Assembly: GCA_963726265.1 (NCBI GenBank)
Contig: CAVSBQ010000002.1
Coordinates: 544,001 to 608,000 of the forward strand
Direction of reading: 5' to 3'
DNA: 64,000 nucleotides
DNA from: Candidatus Aenigmatarchaeota archaeon
GTDB taxonomy: Archaea; Aenigmatarchaeota; Aenigmatarchaeia; QMZP01; QMZT01
Under the pieces are notes generated by a model. That model was not told where the DNA came from, searched no databases, and saw only the letters and a list, made by a program, of their open reading frames with translations. Position numbers and translations under genes: made by a program. Of this stretch, positions 1 to 11,000 are shown piece by piece; the first letter of the stretch is position 1, and the number at the start of each line of letters is the position of its first letter.

Positions 1-507
1 AGGAAAACGCTCATCGACATGAAACTCGTGAAGCCCGAATACGCGGAGTGGATGGAGGGCATGGTGAAGCGCAGGAAGGAAATAGAGCACAAGAACCTGA
101 AATCCATAACGGGCCAGGAGCTTGACGACTGGATAGACAAGTCGAAGAAGTTCGTGAAGGAGATGCAGAAGACGCTCGTGCGCGTCGAAGTGCTGAAGCG
201 CGAAAACCTGATAGAGAAATCATATGCCATAATGGCCGAGACCATAATGACCATCCTGAAGTCGATGGACAAGACGCCGGAAAGGGAGGAGAAGCTGAGC
301 GAGTATTTCGAGACCTACGTCGTGAAGCCGGGCCTCGTCGCCGATACGTATCTCGAAGTCTTCAACGAGCTGAGCAAGATGAAGAAGCTGGTCAAAGACG
401 GCAAGATCCTCGACCTCCAGAAGAATGACATCCTCATGCACAGGGAATACGTCAGGAAGTTCATCAAGGAAGCGGGCAGAATACTCAAAGGCAAGATAAA
501 GACGTGA
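1..507 (+). CDS. 5'-truncated protein, C-terminal helical HEPN-like region (probably of a nucleotidyltransferase-HEPN family protein)
   Basis: Frame is open from base 1 (RKTLIDMKLV...). Helical, with an RKEIEH (Rx4H) motif followed by a similar degenerate segment. Confidence 0.5.
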   Translation, partial: RKTLIDMKLVKPEYAEWMEGMVKRRKEIEHKNLKSITGQELDDWIDKSKKFVKEMQKTLVRVEVLKRENLIEKSYAIMAETIMTILKSMDKTPEREEKLSEYFETYVVKPGLVADTYLEVFNELSKMKKLVKDGKILDLQKNDILMHREYVRKFIKEAGRILKGKIKT

Positions 508-1053
508 TTACTTCTTCAGCTTTTTTATCATTTCCAGGATTTTCTCGACGACCTGTTTCGGAGCGAGGCGGGTCGTGTCGATGACGACATCGTAATGAGA
601 TTTATCGGTGAAATCGTTTATGCCGTAGTATTTTTTGTACCTCTTGCGATCGCTTTCTGTTCTTTTCCTTATCGCTTCGAGCGCCTCGCTTAGCGTGTCC
701 TTCTTTCTTTCGTCGGGCCGCTGGTCATTGAAAATTCTCTTGGCCCCGGTCATCGTGTCGACATCGAGAAAGATTTTAAGGGACTGCGGAATGAAGTGGA
801 AGCCGAGCCTGCTTTCTATGACGAAATCATTCTCTTTTTCAGCCAACTTTTTCTGGTATTCGTCCGCTTCCGTGTCGGTCCAGGCCTCCTTCATGCCTAT
901 CTCGTTCAGCTGTTCCAGCGTCAATCCTCTCTCCATCGCCATCCGCCCTCTCAAATCGCCAATGGAGTAAAACTTCATGCGCAGCTTTTTGGCGAGCAGC
1001 TTCGCGACGGTCGTCTTGCCAGAGCCAGGCATCCCAGAAATCGTTATTATCAT
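508..1053 (-). CDS. cmk: Cytidylate kinase, archaeal type
   Basis: MIITISGMPGSGKTT P-loop, IESRL, RYKKYYGI, YDVVIDTT. Confidence 0.9.
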   Translation of the reverse strand: MIITISGMPGSGKTTVAKLLAKKLRMKFYSIGDLRGRMAMERGLTLEQLNEIGMKEAWTDTEADEYQKKLAEKENDFVIESRLGFHFIPQSLKIFLDVDTMTGAKRIFNDQRPDERKKDTLSEALEAIRKRTESDRKRYKKYYGINDFTDKSHYDVVIDTTRLAPKQVVEKILEMIKKLKK

Positions 1054-1080
1054 GCTTCCCCTTCCTGCACCCTGCGAAAA

Positions 1081-1914
1081 TCATCTTACCATGTCGGCGA
1101 GCTCGTGCAGGATGTCGACGATGTCCTTCTCGCGGTTCGGCGTCTCGAAGATGAGCGTCCCCTTTATGCTCATGGCCTGTATCGATTTGACCAGGTGCTC
1201 CAGCTTCATCTCGGAGCGCGCGAGCGGCTTGTGCTGCAGCGCTCCATTACGGTCGTACGAAATGCCGGAAAAGATGAAATACGCGTCGTTCAGCCAGTGC
1301 TGGCCTACCTCGGCGCGCACCTTGTCGATTATCCTCCTGAAGTCGGTTTCGTGCGTGAGAAGGCCGCGGTCTCTCGCGTGTATGTGCGCCCAGTTGAGGA
1401 CCGGCTCCGTCCTAGTCGTGCGCTTCACCATGTCCACGACGTCCTCGACGCTTCCCAGCTCGTCTATCCTGCCCGTCGTCTCTATCCCGAACCTCGAGCG
1501 TATCCTCATCTCGTTCACTATCTCGTTTATCTTGTAGACGCTCAGCTTCAGCGCCTGGTTCTGCGGCATGCGCGGATAAAAGGTCGGGTGGACGACGAGC
1601 GTTTTCGCGTCCATGACGTTCGCTATGTTGCAGTATATCTTGAGCGCGTTGTCGAGCATCGGCTCTTCCGGGAACGAGTTGTTGTGTATGGAGAGCTCGA
1701 TGTTGTATTTGCTTGCTATGGTCTTTATCTTGAGCAGGTTCGTGTAGTGCTCCTTGTAAAGCGCTGAAACGTCCTTTACGTTGTCGAACAGCTGCCTCGG
1801 CAGCAGGAAGGCGCGGAAGCCCACGCGATACAGGTCCTCGAGGACGCTGAGCGCCTCGCTCGGCTTCTTCACCACCGGAATCCTTGAGCTGCCGTAGGCT
1901 ATGCCTATTCTCAT
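1081..1914 (-). CDS. Endonuclease IV / AP endonuclease family 2 TIM-barrel protein with degenerate metal ligands
   Basis: VVHPTFY, IETTGR, NWAHIHAR, FSGISY and FETPN match the archaeal Nfo layout. Start at MRIGIAYG (1914) preferred over 1968. Confidence 0.75.
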   Translation of the reverse strand: MRIGIAYGSSRIPVVKKPSEALSVLEDLYRVGFRAFLLPRQLFDNVKDVSALYKEHYTNLLKIKTIASKYNIELSIHNNSFPEEPMLDNALKIYCNIANVMDAKTLVVHPTFYPRMPQNQALKLSVYKINEIVNEMRIRSRFGIETTGRIDELGSVEDVVDMVKRTTRTEPVLNWAHIHARDRGLLTHETDFRRIIDKVRAEVGQHWLNDAYFIFSGISYDRNGALQHKPLARSEMKLEHLVKSIQAMSIKGTLIFETPNREKDIVDILHELADMVR

Positions 1915-2050
1915 CCCTAAACGTTCCTGGATTTTGAGGCTCTTCTTACGGATAAGCATATCTGCCATCTTCCTATAATTAATTATTGGCCGAGCCCATA
2001 GAAATAGATAACTATGTCACAGGAAATGTTTAAACATGGCCAATTTTTAA

Positions 2051-2800
2051 CTAAAAACCGGGGACTTCTGCAAGATTTCCTATCTTTTGATATATGCCAT
2101 CCTTTCCGCCAAAGGTTTTTCTTGCCCAATTCTTCAGTGCCGTATAGTATGCCCCAGGGCCCAACAGAGAATAACCTCTGATATCCTCTGCGATGTTCTC
2201 TGTAAAGGCCTCATTCATCTCCGTGCTAATTTTTTGAGCCACCCCTATGGCCGAGAGCGCATGATGCGTTGGTTCGTGTGTTAAAACGTATCTTGCTGTC
2301 TTCCGAGGATTTTCCATCAGTCTTATCTCCTCTTTAGCGATTCTTATGTAATCATTAAGGAAGTTTCTTTCATCTGATCCTATCTTTGTTTTTTTGCGGA
2401 GAAGTCTTGCCACATAGATCGCTTCCTTGTATTCATTGAGCTTCTCCTTATTGTAGGGCCCTTCCAAAAATTTCGGCTTTATGCCTATGAATTTTTTTCT
2501 GTTTTTTGCTTCCACATAAATTCCCATTGTACCGCTTTTGAAAAGATTCGGAATTCTGTAAACCTCATTTCCACGTCCAAGCTTGAAGTATTCTTCGCTT
2601 TCTGGCTCCGGCATAAGGAAAACGCCATTTGGACCTTCGGAAAAATGATAGGGTGGTATGCCGGTGTTTCTGGATAGAGTTTCATTTACTTCAGCTGTTC
2701 CGGCTTTTACATGTTCCATTGCTTTTTTAACTGCTTCCTGCTCCATTGGGCCATAAAGCTGATTTATCCGTTCTTGCGCATCGAATGCCATATCAACCAA
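2051..2800 (-). CDS. Orphan putative zinc metallopeptidase (gluzincin-like)
   Basis: THEPTH (HExxH) followed by NEAFTE; lower GC than neighbours. Confidence 0.55.
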   Translation of the reverse strand: MVDMAFDAQERINQLYGPMEQEAVKKAMEHVKAGTAEVNETLSRNTGIPPYHFSEGPNGVFLMPEPESEEYFKLGRGNEVYRIPNLFKSGTMGIYVEAKNRKKFIGIKPKFLEGPYNKEKLNEYKEAIYVARLLRKKTKIGSDERNFLNDYIRIAKEEIRLMENPRKTARYVLTHEPTHHALSAIGVAQKISTEMNEAFTENIAEDIRGYSLLGPGAYYTALKNWARKTFGGKDGIYQKIGNLAEVPGF

Positions 2801-2864
2801 CCATCGCCTCTTCTAATTTATCTATCTTTTTTCGCAGCTTTAAAAATCTTTAGCCACCGCCGAG

Positions 2865-2888
2865 TGATTATAATTTTGATTATAATTT
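2865..2888. repeat. 12-bp tandem repeat TGATTATAATTT x2 in a divergent intergenic region
   Basis: Read directly from sequence; each unit contains the palindrome ATTATAAT. Confidence 0.7.
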
Positions 2889-2950
2889 TCAGGCGCAAAG
2901 GAAAAACGCTCTAATTTATACCAGTTCAGCCAATAGGATAAATAGATAAC

Positions 2951-3382
2951 ATGCAGGTAAAAGAGATAATGAGCAAGAACGTGATAACGGTCGACCCGGA
3001 CGCAACCCTGCTCGAGGCGGCCAAGAGCATGGTGGACCACAACACGAAGTTCCTCATAGTGACGCACAAGGAAAAGCTCATCGGCATAGTCACCGAGTGG
3101 GATTTCGTAAAAAGGATAGCGACCGGCACGAAAGCCATACTGGACGCCAAGCTCGAAACCATAGTAACGAGAAAGGTCATCGTTATTTCTCCGGAAATTG
3201 AAGTTGAGGAAGCGGCGGAGATAATGGTAGCGAACAACATAAAGAGGCTGCCCGTGGTGGAGAACAGCGTGCTCATAGGCGTCGTGACGGCGACGGAGAT
3301 AATGGCAGCCGAACCGAAGCTGGTCGAGCAGATAACGGAGCTTTTTGTCACGAGAAAGGGCCAGAAATCGATGGCGGGCTAG
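2951..3382 (+). CDS. CBS domain pair protein
   Basis: VKEIMSKNVITVDPD, LIGIVTEWD, IKRLPVV, LIGVVT. Confidence 0.92.
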   Translation: MQVKEIMSKNVITVDPDATLLEAAKSMVDHNTKFLIVTHKEKLIGIVTEWDFVKRIATGTKAILDAKLETIVTRKVIVISPEIEVEEAAEIMVANNIKRLPVVENSVLIGVVTATEIMAAEPKLVEQITELFVTRKGQKSMAG

Positions 3383-3390
3383 CAGCCGCT

Positions 3391-3969
3391 TCAAATCAGC
3401 GCCACCGTAAACATCACAAGGCCTGACGCCAGCGGGATTGTAAGATTGTCGTCGATGCGGGGCACGAGTTCGGCGGCCGCTGCCGCAAAGGCCCCGGCAA
3501 GCGCAAGATACGGGTTGACAAAAAACGCGCCTGCGGCCAGCGAACCCACGAAGCACGCCAGCGAGCCCTCGAGGCTCTTGCTGCCTATCATGTGCTTCCC
3601 GAATTTTTTGCCTGTTAAGGTCGAGAGCGCGTCGCCGACCGCGAGCATCGCGCACGCGGCCGAGGCGATGTGAAACGGGAAGAAAACAAAGGCGAGGGTG
3701 CACCCGGTGTAAAAGAAAAACGCGCCCGCGAACGGGCTCGCCTCGCTCCTCTCGAATTTCAGGGTGAACTCCCTGAACCTGGATTCGAACCGTCCCAGGA
3801 AGCTTTCGAGCTTCTTCCCCTCACTGCTGACGTACCATGCATAAAGGAAGAAGAACAGCGAGATGAGGAAGAAATAAACGATGCTCGCCACCCTTCCCAC
3901 GAACTGCGCGAATATGACGAAGACGATGCCTGAGACGTGGAGCATCTGTCTTTGCAATTCGAATCTCAT
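3391..3969 (-). CDS. Dolichol/polyprenol kinase (SEC59/DGK1/VTE5 family)
   Basis: RQMLH, VGDALSTLTG, KSLEGS, IDDNLTIP; multi-TM. Confidence 0.85.
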   Translation of the reverse strand: MRFELQRQMLHVSGIVFVIFAQFVGRVASIVYFFLISLFFFLYAWYVSSEGKKLESFLGRFESRFREFTLKFERSEASPFAGAFFFYTGCTLAFVFFPFHIASAACAMLAVGDALSTLTGKKFGKHMIGSKSLEGSLACFVGSLAAGAFFVNPYLALAGAFAAAAAELVPRIDDNLTIPLASGLVMFTVALI

Positions 3970-4033
3970 GCATTGGATTATGCTGAGCTGTTTTAAAAAA
4001 TCAAATTAATATCCGGGCTTCAAGATTATACTG

Positions 4034-4636
4034 ATGCGCGCCAGAATCAGGTTCGACAAGAGGCAGAAAAGGCTTTTCGAAACGCTGCTGTTCCTGCTAA
4101 AGCTCCTGGCCTTCGCCATACCGCTCTGGGCAATACTCTCCTTCCAGAACGTCCTTCTGCCGCTCCAGGAGATGGTAAGCCAGAACGCGCAGGCGCTCCT
4201 TCAGGCGCTTGGCTTTGCGGTGTCGAAGGACGGCTTCCTGATAAGGGCCGACGGGATACTCTTCTTCATCTCCGAAGACTGCACGGGCTGGAAAAGCATG
4301 CTGCTGCTGACGGCGCTGATTTGCGCAGTGCCGCGGGTTGGGGTGAAAAAACGGTTCTGGGGCCTGGCCGCCGGCATCCCTGCGCTCTACGCCGGCAACC
4401 TTGCAAGAATCCTGCTCATGATACTCGTCTGGAACGCGTATGGCTTCGAACTCGCCATGACGCTGCACAATTACCTGTGGCAGGCGGGCCTTATCGCGCT
4501 TGTCCTGGCCCTATGGATTGCCTGGCTCTACTGGGCCGGAAAGCTTGAAAAAACGCTTTTAAAACGCCCCCACAAATTAATAAAACCGAAAGGGCGAAAG
4601 AAGAAAGCAAAGGAAATAAAGCATGTAAAAAGGTGA
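4034..4636 (+). CDS. Exosortase/archaeosortase family protein
   Basis: Multi-TM with ISEDCTGW (Cys), GNLARI (Arg) and TLHNY (His) in exosortase spacing. Confidence 0.85.
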   Translation: MRARIRFDKRQKRLFETLLFLLKLLAFAIPLWAILSFQNVLLPLQEMVSQNAQALLQALGFAVSKDGFLIRADGILFFISEDCTGWKSMLLLTALICAVPRVGVKKRFWGLAAGIPALYAGNLARILLMILVWNAYGFELAMTLHNYLWQAGLIALVLALWIAWLYWAGKLEKTLLKRPHKLIKPKGRKKKAKEIKHVKR

Positions 4637-4640
4637 CCTC

Positions 4641-5480
4641 ATGGAAGAAATCGTCGGTCTGATACCTGCAGCGGGCATAGGAACACGGCTATACCCCTTT
4701 TCCCGCGCAGTGCCCAAGGAAATGTACCCCATATTCGGCAAGGCCGTGATAGAGCACACCATAGAGAACCTGAAGATCGGCGGCGTCAAAAAGATTTACG
4801 TGGTCGTAGGCTACCAGAAGGGCGCGCTCATGGACTACATAGGCGACGGCTCGTTCTTCGGGGTCAACGTCGTCTATCTTTACCAGATGATGCGACGTGG
4901 GCTTGGCCACAGCATACTCCAGGGCAAGAAATGGATAGACAGGACGTTCGTCACGCTGCTCGGCGACTCCTTCATAGAGCCCAAAAAGGAAATAAACGAG
5001 CTAATAGAATACCACAGGAAAGAGAAACCGCTCGCGACGGTCATGCTCTTCGAGGTCGGCGACGTCGCTGGCTACGGCATCGCGAAGTTCGCAAGCCTTG
5101 AAAAAGGCAAAGGCAGGATAGCAAGGATGGTCGAAAAGCCGTCAAAGGGCGATGCAAAACGTCTGAAGACCGGGGGGAAGTTCTACGCGCTCTGCGGAGC
5201 ATACGTGTTCGAACCCAGGATTTTCGACTACATTGAGAAGACGCCGGCTGGCATAAAAAACGAGGTGCAGCTTACCGATGCGATGGCCCTTGCGCTAAGG
5301 AAAGGCGAGAGGATAAACGGCTTCATTCTCAAGGGCAAATACCTCGACATCGGCAAATGGCATACTGTCAGGGAAACGGAAAAATTCATGGGCAGCATCA
5401 TGGATATGGAAAAGCATTACGAAGAGCGTGAAAGGATGATGGAGTTCGTCAAGAAGAGCGAGGAAGAGAATGGCAGGTAA
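4641..5480 (+). CDS. Sugar-1-phosphate nucleotidyltransferase (GalU/RmlA/AglF-like)
   Basis: [35 protein letters not shown]. Confidence 0.9.
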   Translation: MEEIVGLIPAAGIGTRLYPFSRAVPKEMYPIFGKAVIEHTIENLKIGGVKKIYVVVGYQKGALMDYIGDGSFFGVNVVYLYQMMRRGLGHSILQGKKWIDRTFVTLLGDSFIEPKKEINELIEYHRKEKPLATVMLFEVGDVAGYGIAKFASLEKGKGRIARMVEKPSKGDAKRLKTGGKFYALCGAYVFEPRIFDYIEKTPAGIKNEVQLTDAMALALRKGERINGFILKGKYLDIGKWHTVRETEKFMGSIMDMEKHYEERERMMEFVKKSEEENGR

Positions 5481-6411
5481 GACCATCATCGTCACGGGAG
5501 GAGCGGGCTTCATCGGCTCCCACCTATGCGAGAAGCTGCTGGAAGGCGGGAACGACAAAGTCATTTGCGTGGATAACCTGATAACGGGCAAGGCCGAGAA
5601 CGTGAAGCATCTCACGAAAAATCACAATTTCACTTTTCTGAAGCACGACGTCTCAAGGCCGCTTAAAATAAGCGGCAAGATCGACCAGCTTTATCACCTT
5701 GCATCGCCTGCCTCGCCGGTCGATTACCAGAAGCTTCCGATCGAGACCATGCTTGCGAATTCTTTCGGTACGAAAAACATGCTCGACCTGGCGAATGAAA
5801 AGAAAGCGAGAATCCTGCTCGCTTCCACGTCGGAAGTCTACGGCGACCCGGAGAAACATCCGCAAAACGAGGACTACTGGGGACACGTCAACCCCGTCGG
5901 CCCGCGCTCGTGCTACGACGAGTCCAAGCGCTTCGCAGAGGCGCTGGCCATGGCTTACCACAGAATCCACGGCATCGATGTCAGGATAGCGAGAATTTTC
6001 AATACCTACGGCCCGAGGATGCGGACCAACGATGGAAGGGTTATACCCAATTTCATAACGCAGGCGCTGAAAAACGAACCGATAACCGTTTACGACGGGA
6101 AGCAGACCAGGAGCTTCTGCTACGTCTCTGACATGGTCGACGGCCTAGTCAGGCTTATGGAATCCGGCTTCGCCGCAGAGCCGTTCAATCTGGGCAACCC
6201 CGATGAAAGGAAGATAATAGACGTGGCGAAAAACATCAAACAGATAACAGGATCAAAATCCGAGATAGTTTTCAGGCCTTTGCCGCAGGATGACCCTGCA
6301 CGCAGGCGACCTGACATAAGCAAAAGCAGAAAGAAGCTGGAGTGGGAGCCGAGAATCGGGTTCGATGAAGGCCTGAAAAAGACTATCGAATGGTTTAGCG
6401 GAAATTGCTGA
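5470..6411 (+). CDS. uxs: UDP-glucuronate decarboxylase (UDP-xylose synthase)
   Basis: [57 protein letters not shown]. Confidence 0.9.
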   Translation: MAGKTIIVTGGAGFIGSHLCEKLLEGGNDKVICVDNLITGKAENVKHLTKNHNFTFLKHDVSRPLKISGKIDQLYHLASPASPVDYQKLPIETMLANSFGTKNMLDLANEKKARILLASTSEVYGDPEKHPQNEDYWGHVNPVGPRSCYDESKRFAEALAMAYHRIHGIDVRIARIFNTYGPRMRTNDGRVIPNFITQALKNEPITVYDGKQTRSFCYVSDMVDGLVRLMESGFAAEPFNLGNPDERKIIDVAKNIKQITGSKSEIVFRPLPQDDPARRRPDISKSRKKLEWEPRIGFDEGLKKTIEWFSGNC

Positions 6412-6453
6412 TTCTGTTGCAAATATTTATTCAGAGAATCTCAATTCTATTGC

Positions 6454-8010
6454 ATGAGCAAGGACGATGCCTCCAAGGACGCGCTCAAAACCGTCGTGAA
6501 GGGCGCGGGCATAAGCCTTGCCGCGCTCATATTTTCCAACCTGGCGCTCTACCTGATGAGGCTGGTTCTTGCGCGGGCTTTGACACCCGAGGAATATGGA
6601 CTCCTTTTCCTGGCGATTTCCATAGTGTCGATAATAATGGGCGTGATAACCCTGAGCCTCGAGGGCGGCGTGCAGAGGTACGTGCCGTATTATCTGGCCA
6701 AAAACGACATGCGCAAGGTCAGGGGCTCTGTGATTTCATCGCTTAAAATCTCGCTGCCCTTCTCGATAATCGTGTTCCTGGCGCTCTTCATCTTTGCCGA
6801 CCAGATATCGGTTCTGGTTTTCCACGACCCTTCGCTTTCGGTGGTCATAAGAATACTTTCGCTGACTCTGCCGTTTTATGTGATTTATAAAATGTTTTCC
6901 TCGCTGATGATCGGCTTCAAAATGATAAAATACGACGCTTATTCATGGTCGGTGGGAAGGCCCCTGTTCACTCTCATATTCCTTTCCCTGTCAATGCTGC
7001 TGGGCTTCGGCCTCGCGGGAGCCACAGCCGGCTACATGATGGGTTACGTGATGGCCGGCGTCCTAGCCTTTGTTTTTGCTGAAAAAATGGTGTATCCGGT
7101 CATAAGCAGCAGGATAAAGGCAGAAAACATGAACAGGAAGCTGCTTGCATTCTCGCTTCCCCTGGTGGTCTTCGGCGTCATGTGGAACGTGATGACAAAG
7201 GTGGACACCATCATGCTTGGCTCACTGAAGTCCTCTTTCGATGTGGGCCTTTACCAGACATCGGTGCCGACTGCGCAGTTCCTCTTCATGATACCCAGCG
7301 CCCTCGGAGCGCTTTTCCTTCCGGTGATATCCGAGCTCCTGTCGAAGGATAAAGGCGAAAACATAGGGACTGTCTACAGCACCGTCTCCAAATGGGTCTT
7401 CTACATAAACCTTCCGCTGCTGCTGCTGTTCGTGATGTATCCCAACGCCGTCATAAACACGCTTTTCGGGGCGGAATACATCGTCGCCGGCAACAGCCTC
7501 AGAATCCTCTCAATCGCATGCTTCATATTCGCCATGGGCATGCTCTCCGGCAACATAATAAGCCTTTACGAGAAGACGAAATACTTCATCCTGAATTCGG
7601 GGGTTTGCCTGGCGATAGGCATCGCCATGAACTACATCCTCATCCCAATATATGGCATCGACGGCGCGGCCACGGCCAACCTGATAACCCTCGCAGTGTA
7701 CACCGCCATGGTAATCTACGAGGCGCGCCTTTTCTCCGGCCACCTGCCTTTCAACAGACACACATTAAATTCGCTGGCCGCGGGCGTCATATCAATACTG
7801 GCCGTGTATTTCTCAACAAAGGTCATGTTTGCGGAGCTTACCATATGGGTGCTGGCGCCGATGTTCATTGTTTTCGTGGCTCTTTACGCGCTCCTGCTGC
7901 TCGTCTTCAGGGGCCTCGGCAAGGAGGACATAATGATCCTCAAGGCAATAGAAGACAAGAGCGGCCTGAAGATAAAGTTCCTGCGCGACCTGATAAAGAA
8001 GTTCACTTGA
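6454..8010 (+). CDS. Oligosaccharide flippase (Wzx/MOP family)
   Basis: About 14 TM segments, LARALTPEEYG, VDTIMLG, VGLY, LIPIYGIDGAA. Confidence 0.9.
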   Translation: MSKDDASKDALKTVVKGAGISLAALIFSNLALYLMRLVLARALTPEEYGLLFLAISIVSIIMGVITLSLEGGVQRYVPYYLAKNDMRKVRGSVISSLKISLPFSIIVFLALFIFADQISVLVFHDPSLSVVIRILSLTLPFYVIYKMFSSLMIGFKMIKYDAYSWSVGRPLFTLIFLSLSMLLGFGLAGATAGYMMGYVMAGVLAFVFAEKMVYPVISSRIKAENMNRKLLAFSLPLVVFGVMWNVMTKVDTIMLGSLKSSFDVGLYQTSVPTAQFLFMIPSALGALFLPVISELLSKDKGENIGTVYSTVSKWVFYINLPLLLLFVMYPNAVINTLFGAEYIVAGNSLRILSIACFIFAMGMLSGNIISLYEKTKYFILNSGVCLAIGIAMNYILIPIYGIDGAATANLITLAVYTAMVIYEARLFSGHLPFNRHTLNSLAAGVISILAVYFSTKVMFAELTIWVLAPMFIVFVALYALLLLVFRGLGKEDIMILKAIEDKSGLKIKFLRDLIKKFT

Positions 8011-11000
8011 CTCTGAGTTCCGCAAGGACGGCTTTCTCCAATGAAACCTCGCCGGAAAATGCGGTAGCGTTCGTTTCGGTCGTAAGGCTGTCCTGACTCT
8101 CTGCCTTGTCGCTCAGAATTAGATATTTTATCACAAGCACGTCTTCTTTACCAATATCCCTTCCGAAATTGGTTCTGGAAAAATCTTCGGTTTTTATGAA
8201 AACCCTGCCATCGATAATGCTTGCGTTGTAATATTCCCTTTTAAGCATTCTGAGTTTTTTGCCGAACAAGCCGTGTCCCTTTCCTTTCTCGGAAGCGAGG
8301 AAAACGAAGACAGGGATTCTTTCATCGGTTTCAAAAGTCTCCCCTTCTGTTTCAATTCTTCTGAACGAATTGTAACCGGGCACGCGGAAGCCAGCGGGCA
8401 TTGCATCGCTGATTTCGATTGAGGTGATGTTCATAACATCCGTGCTTCTTATCCTGATCTCGGGGAAGTTAATAGGCGGGAAATATTTTTTCCTGAACAG
8501 CCTTACCTCCTGCGGCACGAATTTCTTGCCTAATTCGAAATCCAGGCCGCCGACCTTGAAGTAGGAGTTCCTTGGTCCTATCGTTATGCTTTCAGAAACG
8601 AAAAGTACTTTGACCGAATACGTGCCTTTATAGCTTGGCTTGAATGAAAATTCTCTTGCTACTGAGGAATTGAAAGGTATTGTCACGTTTTCCTTGAAAT
8701 CCCAGGAATCGTTGTTTCCGTCTGCCCATATGAATAGTTCGCCTGAAACCTCCTCTCCCTGGTTGAATAAAATTACCTGCAGGTTTTCATCCTGGTCGAG
8801 GCCTATATCATTCGTTTCTACGTCCATTTCCAGTTGCGCATCGTATTCCACGGTTATCTCTGCTTCTTCCAAGACGCGTGATACGAACCTGTTATCATGA
8901 ATAATCGCAGGCAAGTAAACATAAACGATCTGCCTGTCGTCGAGCAGTTCCTGGGTTGTGAACCAGTATGTTTCGTTTGGGTAAGGATATGCGATGACCG
9001 GCTCTGCTTTTTCCTTTATGCACGCGACCAGTTTCGCTTCGTCATGCTCGCTCGGTTCCTCGTTCCCGAGGCCGAGCTCTGACATGCAATCTATCAGAAG
9101 CACGGTGTAATTGGTATAATATGAATCGTTATAAATTATGTTCTTTTCGAGGCCGCGCTCACGCAAATACGCCGGTTTGACTTTTACTGATTCCAAGATG
9201 GAATTCGTCGGCAAGACGAACTCCCTGACGAAAACTGGTATCACCGGCCTTTCCTGCTCCGTCAGATATGAATCCGCATTGAAAACGGTCAGGCTCCTGT
9301 TTTGTATGGTGTAATTGCTTTTCACATCCGCGGTTATTGAAAAAGAGCCTGACGGTGTCACGGAAAAGCTCTGTTCCGTGGCGACGGTCTTGGCCCGAAT
9401 GCTCACTGGCTTGTATGCAGGATCGGCGAAAAGTATTCGTTCAATCAGATCCTTGACGCAAAGATATGCGTTTGATTTGGTTAACGGATGTGAAGGATAC
9501 AATACGGCTGCGATCGAACGGTCAGCGGGATTGACGTTCATCACATCACTGAAGGCTTCGCCCAAAGATTTTCCGGACTCCAAGCCGTTGAAAAATGACG
9601 CCGATGTGATGGTCGTGTAAGGGTCGTGTATCACGCCTGAGGAGCCCAGCACCTCGCCGCCCTGCGCCTGGACCTGCCTCTTTATTTCCGACTCCGCCGA
9701 AATGTCATGGTCATCATAAAGGAAACCTGAAAAGTTTATTTCAGTAAAATTGGTTGAGCGGCCATATGTATTTAAATATAATTCAAGCCAGTTTCTGTCT
9801 TCTGGTGGTATTGTCCAGTATTTGTCGCCCAGCCCGAAATAGCCGACGACATCCGCATCGTGGAAATGCTCGTTAAGATTTCCGTCAATGACGGGCAGAT
9901 GATCCGGGAAACCGCCAGGATGCGAAAGCCAGGGGTCCCAGTCAAACTCGAAAAGTGAATACATCACAGTGATGCCCAAATCTGCAAAGGACGGCAGCTT
10001 CCAGAACCAGCCAAATATCCGGCCGAGCCTTTCGCTTACGGCTATTTTGGCGACGTCCTTGAGCAGGTCGTCCATGTCGCCGTTTATTCTTGGCGCATCG
10101 ATTCTCTTCTCAACTATCCTTTCCGTTTCCATGCTTTTCAGAATCATTTTGTCCAAGATTAAGACCTGCGACATTCCTCCGAAGGCAAAAAGCATGTCTG
10201 CAAACTTCCCATGCCTGTATTCTCCTATGAGGACTGCTTTGTTCCCGACCGGGAGTCTCTGCCTAGCGAGATTAAGCGTCGTTTTGCTGGTCAGCCCGTC
10301 CAGCCTGCCTGTCGCCAGTTCAAACCTGCCGTCCCTGTTGACGTCGCCGTACATGATATCCGAGTATATGAAATCGCCGTCCTTGTCATCGAATATCTCA
10401 GAGCCGATGTCAGGAATCTTCCAGAAGGAAACCGAACTTCCGTTACCCAGAATCGCAAGATACAATGGTCCGCCTTTCTTGTAGTCCAGTGATTCAGAAA
10501 ACATCCCGTTGCTTCCCAGATATGCGATGCTCTCCTTTATCTGTTCGAGTGCATGCCATGAACTGCTGTTGAAGATGGGTATGATGAACCCTCTTCTAAT
10601 CCCAGCCAGATAACCAGCTATTTCGCTCTCTGCGCTGTCGAAATTCGCGAGCACGAGGTAATCCGTGTTGTCCCCGTTTTCCTTCAGTTTCTGGACGTAA
10701 AGGTCCTGGATGTCTTCGATGGTTTTGCTTTCAATATCAATAATTTCATAGTGCAGGTCCTGCTCAAAAATGATTGGTAAGCCGAGGTAATATGCTAGAT
10801 TAGATCCTAGTATTGCCTTTGTTTTATCCGCAGCATAAACCGCTTGGGTCACATCAGGGAAGAAGAGTTCCGGTATCTGGGTATACTGGATTTCATATGA
10901 ATTATTCAAGTCCAAGGAAAAGCCGAGGGTGTAGATGTAATCCGGTCCGTATTCATTTATGAATTTTTCAACTTCAGCGGTCAGCGAATCCGATACTATG

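Noticed and set aside
796..1767. Long antisense or alternate-frame ORFs (e.g. 796-1767, 2840-3703, 7392-8096, 27353-28117)
   Set aside because: Shadows of well-supported genes in GC-rich coding DNA, with no motifs.
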